DNA from: Pseudomonas phage PaBG
Sequence record: KF147891.1
Strand: one strand, 5' to 3'
Length of the DNA stretch: 64,000 nt
The position numbers and the translations under genes are program-made. The notes below the pieces were generated by a model that was given only the letters and a program-made list of their open reading frames with translations, had not been told where the DNA came from and searched no databases. This document shows positions 18,630 to 25,983 of this stretch, in pieces; the stretch's first letter is position 1, and each line of letters begins with the position of its first letter.

Positions 18630-19904
18630 ATGAAACTTGCAGTCTACGCCATTGCGAAGAACGAAGCCAAACACGTCGAGCGCTGGTACGAGTCGGTAAA
18701 AGACGCCGACGAAATCATCGTGCTGGACACCGGCTCCACCGATGGAACCCAGAAGCTACTGAGCGATCTGGGCGTGCGTGTTGCCTCGATGGCTTTTGAA
18801 CCTTTCCGATTCGACACCGCCCGAAACGCGGCACTGAATCTGGTGAGCCTCGACGCCGACTACTGCATGTTCATCGACTTGGATGAGACCATGCCCAAGG
18901 GTAGCATCGCTGCCATTCGCAAGGCCATCAACAAGACTCAGAAGGACATGTACGCCCTGCGCCTGGTCTTCAAGTTTGACCACAAACGCCAGCCGATCGT
19001 GTCGTACCCGCGCGAAGCCGTACACCGCCGCAACGCTTTCTACTGGAAGTACCCTGTACACGAACTGCTCGCCTGCCATCAGGGCGAATACTCGTATGAG
19101 GAGCTCAACGTCCAGGTGTTCCACGAGCCGGATGAAACGAAAGAGCGCTCCTCGTATCTGAGCCTGCTGGAAACAGCCGTCGAAGAAAACCCGAACGATC
19201 CGCGTCAGGCGCAGTATCTGGGCCGTGAGTACATGTACCAAGGCCGCCCGTTCGATGCTCAGATGTGGCTCAAGCGCCACATTCAAATGGAACCACACGG
19301 TCCGTTCCGTTCAGAGTCTGCGTCGTACATTGCCCAGTGTTTCCTGATGCTCGAAGGGCAAGTCGAAGAGGCTATCGACGAAGCTGAGGCTTGGTACTTC
19401 CGAGCCATCGCCGAGTTCAATAGTGCCCGTGAACCGTTCTGTGAACTGGCGGACCTTTACTTCAAGTGCCATGAGTTCGAGAGTGCCATCGGCATGTTGA
19501 AGTCGGCCATGCGTATTCCAGCGAAGCCGAATGTCGCCATGATCAGCCGAGACGAGTTCTACTCGCACTGGCCGCATCACATGCTCGCTGCCTGCTACTT
19601 CAACATCGGCAATCGCACGGCAGCAAAATACCACATCCAAGAAGCGATGAAGTCTGCTGGCACTCTCAGCGGTCACCTCGCAAACGACATCGTGAAAATT
19701 CTGGGGCTCGAAAATGCTACTCAGTCTCTCCTTGGCGTCGAAGCCAGCTCGGGTGTCGAAGGACACGTTCCTGAAGATGGGCCCGAGCAAACAGAAGCAG
19801 TATCTGACCCACTACCCTCGGAGCAGCCATCGCTTTCTTCTCGCCAAGAAAGCCAAAGCTCCGAAACCGGAAGTGCAGCCGCGTCGTCGCCTGTCTCGGA
19901 ATGA
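18630..19904 (+). CDS. family-2 glycosyltransferase (SpsA-like GT-A fold) with C-terminal TPR-like repeats and Ser/Glu-rich tail
   Basis: N-terminus VYAIAKNEAKHVERW..IIVLDTGSTDGT and a downstream DLDE (DxD). SD AGGAAG precedes ATG 18630; an alternative ATG lies at 18606. Confidence 0.65.
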   Translation: MKLAVYAIAKNEAKHVERWYESVKDADEIIVLDTGSTDGTQKLLSDLGVRVASMAFEPFRFDTARNAALNLVSLDADYCMFIDLDETMPKGSIAAIRKAINKTQKDMYALRLVFKFDHKRQPIVSYPREAVHRRNAFYWKYPVHELLACHQGEYSYEELNVQVFHEPDETKERSSYLSLLETAVEENPNDPRQAQYLGREYMYQGRPFDAQMWLKRHIQMEPHGPFRSESASYIAQCFLMLEGQVEEAIDEAEAWYFRAIAEFNSAREPFCELADLYFKCHEFESAIGMLKSAMRIPAKPNVAMISRDEFYSHWPHHMLAACYFNIGNRTAAKYHIQEAMKSAGTLSGHLANDIVKILGLENATQSLLGVEASSGVEGHVPEDGPEQTEAVSDPLPSEQPSLSSRQESQSSETGSAAASSPVSE

Positions 19905-21105
19905 GTACGAAGGGCTGACCAAGAAGCACAAGGCCAAGTACGATGAGCAGTTCCCCAAGAGCCGCCATCGTACAAAGCATAAGGCCTCGAAGCGTGCGAA
20001 AGGCGACTACAAGCACGACGCGCGGGAGACCAAGCGTCAGGCAGGCGCGCGCCGCAAAGCCAATCAGGTGGAAGTCGATAAGCAACGCAACGTCATTGTG
20101 GATGACGGTGCAGGCGTGATCAACCGAGAGAGCGTTAAAGCTCTTGGTCAAATCAAGTCCACCCACCTGCATCAGGCTGCTGCCAATATCGATAACAACC
20201 GCGACGAAGCGCACGACGTTATCGACATGCAGCTCAAGGACAAACCCAACCTGAAAGATCGTGGCCTAGAAGCGCTGCGTGAAATGATGGAAGGTGATGG
20301 GCTGCTTGAGGGCAAGCATGACGCCGAAGATGACGATGAGCGCCAAGCCGTAGACGACGAAGGTAATCCACTCTTCGGCGAAGACAACAAGGCCCTCACT
20401 GAGAAGGACAAGAAGGCACAAGATGCCGAGTCTGACGAGGAAGAGGAAGAACCCAAACCGAAGAAAAAGAAAAAGAACGACCGATCGCATCGAGACAGCA
20501 AGAAGTTCCGCGACGGTAAAGCCGTTCTCGGCATGATCGTCAAAGGCGCTCTTGTCGTAGGTGCCGTAGGGTTGATCGCCGTTGCTGCCGGTCCATTGTC
20601 TATGGTGATTGCTCGCGGCATGCTTGACCTGTACGGCGACATCCGTAGCCTATCGTCTTCCGCTGCCGATGAGCTTGCCAAGTCCAAGGACGAGCGCAAC
20701 TACGATACCATCGACGAACTCATCACACAGACGGTTAGCTACCTGCGCAACATGGACATGGACGATCTGCATGATCAGTCCAAAGAAATGTTTGCCGCCT
20801 TGGCTGCCCAGGACGTCGATGTTTATCAGGTGGCGTTCGATGCCATTCTACCACTTGTGCATGAACGTCCGCGTGGCCGCGTAGGCAAAAACTTCTTCGG
20901 GGGTACCTACGCCAACATGCAGACACTCGCCGACGCCATCGGCAAGGCCCTCGACCAGAAGGGTGTGCTCAAAGAGCATGAGTACCACAAGAGCGACATA
21001 GACGAGTGCCATCTGTTCTACTGCACAGATGCGAAACGCACGTTGGTCGCCCTTGGCATGAACGAAACCATCGGCATCTATCACGTTGCCTTACTGAATT
21101 GGTAG
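19777..21105 (+). CDS. hypothetical membrane protein with basic N-terminus, acidic poly-E/poly-K centre, one TM helix and a globular C-terminus
   Basis: ATG 19777 (MGPSKQ...) is in frame of track ORF 19714..21105. TM segment AVLGMIVKGALVVGAVGLIAVAAGPL. Overlaps the upstream glycosyltransferase ORF by 128 nt. Confidence 0.5.
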   Translation: MGPSKQKQYLTHYPRSSHRFLLAKKAKAPKPEVQPRRRLSRNEYEGLTKKHKAKYDEQFPKSRHRTKHKASKRAKGDYKHDARETKRQAGARRKANQVEVDKQRNVIVDDGAGVINRESVKALGQIKSTHLHQAAANIDNNRDEAHDVIDMQLKDKPNLKDRGLEALREMMEGDGLLEGKHDAEDDDERQAVDDEGNPLFGEDNKALTEKDKKAQDAESDEEEEEPKPKKKKKNDRSHRDSKKFRDGKAVLGMIVKGALVVGAVGLIAVAAGPLSMVIARGMLDLYGDIRSLSSSAADELAKSKDERNYDTIDELITQTVSYLRNMDMDDLHDQSKEMFAALAAQDVDVYQVAFDAILPLVHERPRGRVGKNFFGGTYANMQTLADAIGKALDQKGVLKEHEYHKSDIDECHLFYCTDAKRTLVALGMNETIGIYHVALLNW

Positions 21106-21111
21106 GTTCGT

Positions 21112-21453
21112 ATGGAGCGTATCACCTACAAATGCGACAAGGCCGAGCACAAACTGCCTCTGGCTCAGCGCAAGAACTGGCACGTCTATCTCGGTGAGAA
21201 GTTGATTGCAACCATCGCCGCGACTGATGATGTCTCCAGTGACCGTAGCCATTCGCTGCGCATCTGGAAAGCTAAGATGTATCACACCGGCTTCGATCCG
21301 TTCGACTTCCCCCACCACAGTGAAGGGGATGAGGAAGAGAAGACCAAGCCGCACGTGGCCTTAGCTGACGGCAAGCCAGTGCTCATCAATCCTCAGCCCA
21401 TGACTATGCGTGAAGCTCGGTCGTGGGTTCGTCATGTAGTGCAGAGGGGCTAA
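21112..21453 (+). CDS. hypothetical protein
   Basis: 113-aa ORF. Confidence 0.5.
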   Translation: MERITYKCDKAEHKLPLAQRKNWHVYLGEKLIATIAATDDVSSDRSHSLRIWKAKMYHTGFDPFDFPHHSEGDEEEKTKPHVALADGKPVLINPQPMTMREARSWVRHVVQRG

Positions 21454-21458
21454 CTCGA

Positions 21459-22223
21459 ATGCAATTGGTTCTGAAAGGAAAAAGCGACCTGATGATGTCG
21501 CGCAGCTTCGCCATCGGCGCACCGCCTACCGAGCTGTCCAACGTCGAAAACACGAAACAAGGTCTGACCCTCACTGGTCAGCAAGCAGGCGGTGACGCTC
21601 GCATCCTCGACGCGCACATCTGGCTGCCGAAAGCCGCCAAGCACTATCGCCTGAGTGAAGACCTGCGCGACTACATCGTCGTTCCGGTGCCAAGCATCAT
21701 CACGTCGATCCCCAATACCAACGGGGACAGCGCCAGCTTCGCACAGCTCACGGAGTTCAATCCTGAGTATGGCATGATGGCGTATCGTACCTGGGTGGGC
21801 AAGCCCACGCACGTCGAGCACGACAACAAGGACATCACCAAAGCGAAAGGCGTCATTCTTGACACCTACCTGCGGCCGCTTCCACGTCATCCGAAGTTTG
21901 CCAAGCTGGTGAAGCTGATGGCTTTCGACCGCACCAAGGACTCGTTCCTCGTGAACAAAATCCTGCGCAATGAAGTCAGCACCTACTCCATGGGTATGTG
22001 GTATTCGTCCTACACCTGCCCGATCTGCGCTCAACGTGTAGGCAAGGGCATTGGCCAGCCGTGTGCGCATACTCGCCCGCGTCGTCCAACCTACCAACTG
22101 CCGGATGGTCGCCTGGCCTATCGCCAGTGTGAAGGCTTGATCGGCTTCGAGACTTCGGTTGTGATGGACCCTGCGTATGTCGTTGCGCAGTCGGACATCG
22201 TCTGGGACATTTCGAGGCTCTGA
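21459..22223 (+). CDS. hypothetical protein with C-terminal zinc-ribbon (CPICAQ...CAH...C)
   Basis: ATG 21459 follows the upstream TAA, SD GAGGGG; 254 aa. Confidence 0.55.
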   Translation: MQLVLKGKSDLMMSRSFAIGAPPTELSNVENTKQGLTLTGQQAGGDARILDAHIWLPKAAKHYRLSEDLRDYIVVPVPSIITSIPNTNGDSASFAQLTEFNPEYGMMAYRTWVGKPTHVEHDNKDITKAKGVILDTYLRPLPRHPKFAKLVKLMAFDRTKDSFLVNKILRNEVSTYSMGMWYSSYTCPICAQRVGKGIGQPCAHTRPRRPTYQLPDGRLAYRQCEGLIGFETSVVMDPAYVVAQSDIVWDISRL

Positions 22224-22224
22224 T

Positions 22225-22626
22225 ATGCGAAATCGCTGGGTGGATCAAACCACGTTTTATGATCCGGAAGCAAAGGGCGGCGGCAACTGTGCAGAGGCGT
22301 GCGTGGCGTCTCTGTTCAACATCCCGCTGGAAGACGTACCCACGTTTTTCGACAAAACCGATCCTGATCCTGCGTATCGCTACTGGCGCAATCTGGAAAA
22401 CTTCATGTTCTCCCGTGGCTACTGGCTACAGCGCGAGGACTGTGAGTACGTTTTCGAGGGCACGTATATGGTCAGCGGTCCGTCAGCACGTGGCTGCCTT
22501 CACATGGTAATCTACCAGAACGGCGAGTTGCTGCACGATCCGCACCCGTCCAGGAAGGGTGTCCAGAAAGTGACCCAGACGTGGCTGCTCATTCCACTGG
22601 ACCCAGCAAACTTCAAACGAGAGTAA
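22225..22626 (+). CDS. putative papain-fold cysteine peptidase (C39-like) domain protein
   Basis: GGGNCAEACVASL resembles the C39 catalytic Cys motif (..DCGxAAL..); downstream His candidates (CLHMVIY, LHDPHP). 133 aa. Confidence 0.35.
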   Translation: MRNRWVDQTTFYDPEAKGGGNCAEACVASLFNIPLEDVPTFFDKTDPDPAYRYWRNLENFMFSRGYWLQREDCEYVFEGTYMVSGPSARGCLHMVIYQNGELLHDPHPSRKGVQKVTQTWLLIPLDPANFKRE

Positions 22627-22631
22627 CTGCC

Positions 22632-23165
22632 ATGCAGATCAAGGTAGCTATGTATAGCGCAGAAGCAGCGAACAAGCTCAGCCATATCCCCTACACAGGA
22701 ACCAACGGCCTGTACTCCGCAGTGGTCCCGACTCCAGGGTCCATCGAAGCCATCATCAAGCTCGCGGACGAGCTGGAGCTGTCCCCGGAAGAGGATGCGC
22801 TGCACGCTACAGTGATCTACAGTAAGAAGGCGCCTGGGGATAACGTCGAGGCCGTGAAGCGAATCGCAGATTCCGATTACGCCTACCACGGCGTCATCAA
22901 CGCGGTAGAGCACTGGGTCGGCCACAACGGCAAGACCTATATAGTGCTCAAGCTGGTGAGTGCTGGCATCGTTCTCGCCAACGCCAGCTTGCAGCGCATG
23001 GGCGCCGAGCACACGTTCGTCCCGTTCTCTCCGCACATCACCTTGAGTGACGACGTTCCTGTAGACGAAGCCATGCAAGCCCGCATCGATTTCGTGAACA
23101 AGCGCCTGGCTTTCGACCCGATCGAGGTCAAGCTCATCAACCAGATCGTCGGTGACTTGGATTGA
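22632..23165 (+). CDS. 2H phosphoesterase superfamily protein (LigT/CPDase/Acb1-like)
   Basis: Two H-x-T-x motifs (HATV at aa ~56, HITL at aa ~137) about 80 residues apart; 177 aa. Confidence 0.6.
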   Translation: MQIKVAMYSAEAANKLSHIPYTGTNGLYSAVVPTPGSIEAIIKLADELELSPEEDALHATVIYSKKAPGDNVEAVKRIADSDYAYHGVINAVEHWVGHNGKTYIVLKLVSAGIVLANASLQRMGAEHTFVPFSPHITLSDDVPVDEAMQARIDFVNKRLAFDPIEVKLINQIVGDLD

Positions 23166-23280
23166 AGAAGCCCAAGAAGCGCAAAGGTAAGAAGTCCGTG
23201 CGCATCAAGGTGCCTTTGTTCCCTAATCAAGGCACCCCTGCCGAGACGGATGTCGTTCAACTCCCACCAGAGAATCGCTT

Positions 23281-23700
23281 ATGAGTATGCTCTGTGCGTC
23301 TCCGTATCGCGCGCCGAAAGTCAGACCTCCGATTGAAACTGACTTGTGGCCGCGCTACGGACTGGGCCGCCTCGAAACCTACGACAACCAAGCGATGATG
23401 GACATCGCCTTGGCGACGGAGCACGAGGACCCGCTCAACAACCCAACTTTCGTCTTGCCTGCGATAGACGAAACCCTCTATTACTACTACATAGTCCCGC
23501 TTGCCTACGGTAACGCCACGTTCTACGGACCGAGCGGATTCGCAGGTGGCTGGGACGGGGCAAGCTGGCCGCTCGATGACGTAGGCGAGGAGTACGGTCC
23601 TGTCGAAATCACGTATCGCGGCAATCAGTATCTGCTCTATCGCACCGACTTCGGCGGCGGCCAGGGCGGTACGTACACCGTGACCTTCGCCAATGGCTAA
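23281..23700 (+). CDS. stand-alone copy of the GGWDGASWP / YLLYRTDF fibre-terminal module
   Basis: YYYYIVPLAYGNATFYGPSGFAGGWDGASWPLDDVGEEYGPVEITYRGNQYLLYRTDFGGGQGGTYTVTF aligns with the modules in 29933..33583 and 7571..12145. Confidence 0.6.
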   Translation: MSMLCASPYRAPKVRPPIETDLWPRYGLGRLETYDNQAMMDIALATEHEDPLNNPTFVLPAIDETLYYYYIVPLAYGNATFYGPSGFAGGWDGASWPLDDVGEEYGPVEITYRGNQYLLYRTDFGGGQGGTYTVTFANG

Positions 23701-23938
23701 GATCAAGGTGCAGCTCTGGGACCCACATCGACCGTACGACGGTGTGCGCGCCCCTAAGCATGAGGAGCCTGTGTATACGGACACTCCTGCCAAGAAAAAG
23801 AGTCGCCTGAGAGACAAGCGCAAGAAGCGCGAGCGCGATCAGATTCCTACTGCCACCCAGTCTCCGTCCCAGGAGAACACGTTCGTCTCCAAAGTCAATT
23901 GGTTGGGTAGGCGCGAACGCGGTATTGACCCGTACTAG
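23693..23938 (+). CDS. hypothetical basic protein
   Basis: ATG overlaps the upstream TAA (ATGGCTAA); 81 aa, K/R-rich. Confidence 0.45.
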   Translation: MAKIKVQLWDPHRPYDGVRAPKHEEPVYTDTPAKKKSRLRDKRKKRERDQIPTATQSPSQENTFVSKVNWLGRRERGIDPY

Positions 23939-23946
23939 GAGCAGCC

Positions 23947-24069
23947 ATGAGTAAGCTCATCGGACTCTGGTTGGTAGCAGTCGCACCTGCTGTGATTCTA
24001 CCGATTTGGATTGGGTATCACGTACTGAACAAGGGACCAAAAGATGCCACTACCATGTGCGTGCGGTAA
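23947..24069 (+). CDS. possible small (40 aa) membrane peptide
   Basis: Strong SD TAGGAGCAGCC followed by ATG. Hydrophobic segment LIGLWLVAVAPAVILPIWIGY. Below the 60-aa cutoff of the track. Confidence 0.35.
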   Translation: MSKLIGLWLVAVAPAVILPIWIGYHVLNKGPKDATTMCVR

Positions 24070-24358
24070 GCCAGAGCCGTGCTACCAATCACCACCATGC
24101 ACCAATCTCGCCGTCAAGTCTCCGACGCAGCCCATTCTGGGTGCGAAACGGCTGCTGTCTTTCGATGAACTCGTTTGTCGGCTGACCACAGAAGGCGGCG
24201 CCATCGTGAACGCCACAAGCTGTTCCGCCTACGAGTTGACACAGGCACAAGTCGAGGGTCGCGTATACGTCGATGCCAAGGGTTTGGCGTATGTGCTGCT
24301 CGATGCTGACTGGCTTGCTCAAATGCGGAAGCTCGAAAAAGCTCATCCGCACGCCTAA
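24044..24358 (+). CDS. hypothetical Cys-rich protein
   Basis: 104-aa ORF with CACGKPEPCYQSPPC at the N-terminus. Last gene before the bidirectional terminator. Confidence 0.45.
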   Translation: MPLPCACGKPEPCYQSPPCTNLAVKSPTQPILGAKRLLSFDELVCRLTTEGGAIVNATSCSAYELTQAQVEGRVYVDAKGLAYVLLDADWLAQMRKLEKAHPHA

Positions 24359-24398
24359 AAAAGGGTCCCTAGTTTTCACTGGGGACCCTTTTTCTTTT
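24359..24398. terminator. bidirectional rho-independent terminator at the junction of convergent gene blocks
   Basis: AAAAA-GGGTCCC-TAGTTTTCACT-GGGGACCC-TTTTTCTTTT, with A-tract and T-tract flanks. Confidence 0.8.
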
Positions 24399-25077
24399 AC
24401 CGCTTGTATACCGCAACTCCGTGCAACAATGGATAGACGGACGTATCCGGCACCAATCTCTCCGTACGTTTGCGCACGCTGAACTGCCTGCCTTCCAGGA
24501 TTTTCCTGTTACTTGCCATATCGAAGGCATCAGTGAACACGACCTTGCCGTTCAGCACGCCGGCTACACCATCATCCATACGAACTGCACCATCCGTTCT
24601 CAGCATCGGTTCTATGCAGCCGATCAGCTCTTCCCAGCGCTCGCGGGACACCAACAAGAACAGCACGTCATCGCGCTGACTCTCTTCCCACAGGGCTTCA
24701 AAGGTTGGCTTGATTTCCGTGTACACACCATCATGCTTGACGAATATCGCAGCCGACAGCCAGTCGTCGTACTTGCGCACTGCAATGGTGTGTCCACTGG
24801 GCAGCGCAGGATTCGGCGCTTCGATCAGCGTGAACTTCGGAGCTTCACCTTGGAACAATGACCCGTCCGGTACGAAGCCCACAGGGTTCTCACACCAATC
24901 GATAGCCATCCAGCCCATACGACGCGCGCCCTTAGAGCCGAATCCGGCAAGCTCCGTTCCTTTGAACGCATCCGCATGGAATGGATCGCCGCTGCGTTCC
25001 CAGTAATCGACATTCTGAAAGCTCGGCGGTTGGGTCGGCCCTACTGTATACGACGCAACCAAATCTTCCTCAACCAT
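24397..25077 (-). CDS. hypothetical protein
   Basis: 226-aa minus-strand ORF, last gene of the minus-strand cassette. Confidence 0.55.
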   Translation of the reverse strand: MVEEDLVASYTVGPTQPPSFQNVDYWERSGDPFHADAFKGTELAGFGSKGARRMGWMAIDWCENPVGFVPDGSLFQGEAPKFTLIEAPNPALPSGHTIAVRKYDDWLSAAIFVKHDGVYTEIKPTFEALWEESQRDDVLFLLVSRERWEELIGCIEPMLRTDGAVRMDDGVAGVLNGKVVFTDAFDMASNRKILEGRQFSVRKRTERLVPDTSVYPLLHGVAVYKR

Positions 25078-25078
25078 G

Positions 25079-25342
25079 TCACACCCCTACAGTGTTCCAG
25101 TAGCTCCTTGTCCGCGTATATCCGAGCGCCATAGCAGCAGTCTCATCCACGAGTTCTTGGATTTGAAACTCTTCGGCGCGCGTGAAGAACTGCTCGCGTC
25201 CACGTTCGTTGAAAGGAGCGAACAGCTTGATACGCTCCTCGATGGAGGCACTTGGGTCCTTATCCCAAGTGCTGTGGCCGATCTTCATGACCTCCTTGCG
25301 GTCATGGTTCACGGCGAAGATGCGGTGTCCTTGTTCGCTCAT
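25079..25342 (-). CDS. hypothetical protein
   Basis: 87 aa; tightly packed with its neighbours. Confidence 0.45.
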   Translation of the reverse strand: MSEQGHRIFAVNHDRKEVMKIGHSTWDKDPSASIEERIKLFAPFNERGREQFFTRAEEFQIQELVDETAAMALGYTRTRSYWNTVGV

Positions 25343-25527
25343 ATGCGCGTGTACCCTTTCTCGAATGGTTCTTCCGGAGAGAACGAAGTGTGGCCGCTGT
25401 CGTACACGACAAAGTATCCGCCGGTTGTCGGTGCGTGGGTGTTGTACCAGTTGCGGGACACGGTGTGTTCCTTGCCGCCGTCCAGATGCAACGTCACCGG
25501 ATCGTAGTCACCGACATACGCGGACAT
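25339..25527 (-). CDS. hypothetical protein; possible C-terminal fragment of a disrupted NDT/DNPH1-like gene
   Basis: VVYDSGHTSF..EEPFEKGY resembles the DSGTxxExGY catalytic region of the nucleoside 2-deoxyribosyltransferase family. Confidence 0.35.
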   Translation of the reverse strand: MSAYVGDYDPVTLHLDGGKEHTVSRNWYNTHAPTTGGYFVVYDSGHTSFSPEEPFEKGYTRI

Positions 25528-25605
25528 CTGCTCGATCTTCGCAGCGTTGACGATCTTGTGGCATTGGTACGCCGGCAGATTCAGCCGTTCGTGTGGCGGT
25601 TTGAT

Positions 25606-25983
25606 CTAGGTGCCTACGTGGCTGACGATCTTGTTGTCGTGTATCCACGCGCCGATGAGAATGCGCCACGGGAGATTGCGACATTCGATCACAGGGTGCC
25701 CATTCAGCTCACCGATGATGTTGTTCTCCAGTGCCGACTGCCGATGCTCGTACTCGAACAAAGGGAACATCGGATGGCCAGACATCACGGACATCAGTTC
25801 TTCTGCCACAGATGGGCCTGCCAGATACACGAACTTACGATTCGGATAGTCTTCGCGCACCTGTTCGCTCGGCACACTCACCGCCTGCATGGTTTCCAGA
25901 TTGAAGTCACGGAAACCCCAGCGAATGACGTTGTAGCCGTTGACGCCGAACGCCAGCAGATTTTCGATATTGACGTGTTTCAT
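25606..25983 (-). CDS. hypothetical protein with YLAGP motif (nucleoside 2-deoxyribosyltransferase/DNPH1-like N-terminal signature)
   Basis: KFVYLAGPSVAEEL matches the (I/V)YLAGP(F) motif of PF05014-type enzymes. The stop at 25606 and a frame change relative to the 25339..25527 ORF are consistent with a split gene. Confidence 0.4.
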   Translation of the reverse strand: MKHVNIENLLAFGVNGYNVIRWGFRDFNLETMQAVSVPSEQVREDYPNRKFVYLAGPSVAEELMSVMSGHPMFPLFEYEHRQSALENNIIGELNGHPVIECRNLPWRILIGAWIHDNKIVSHVGT

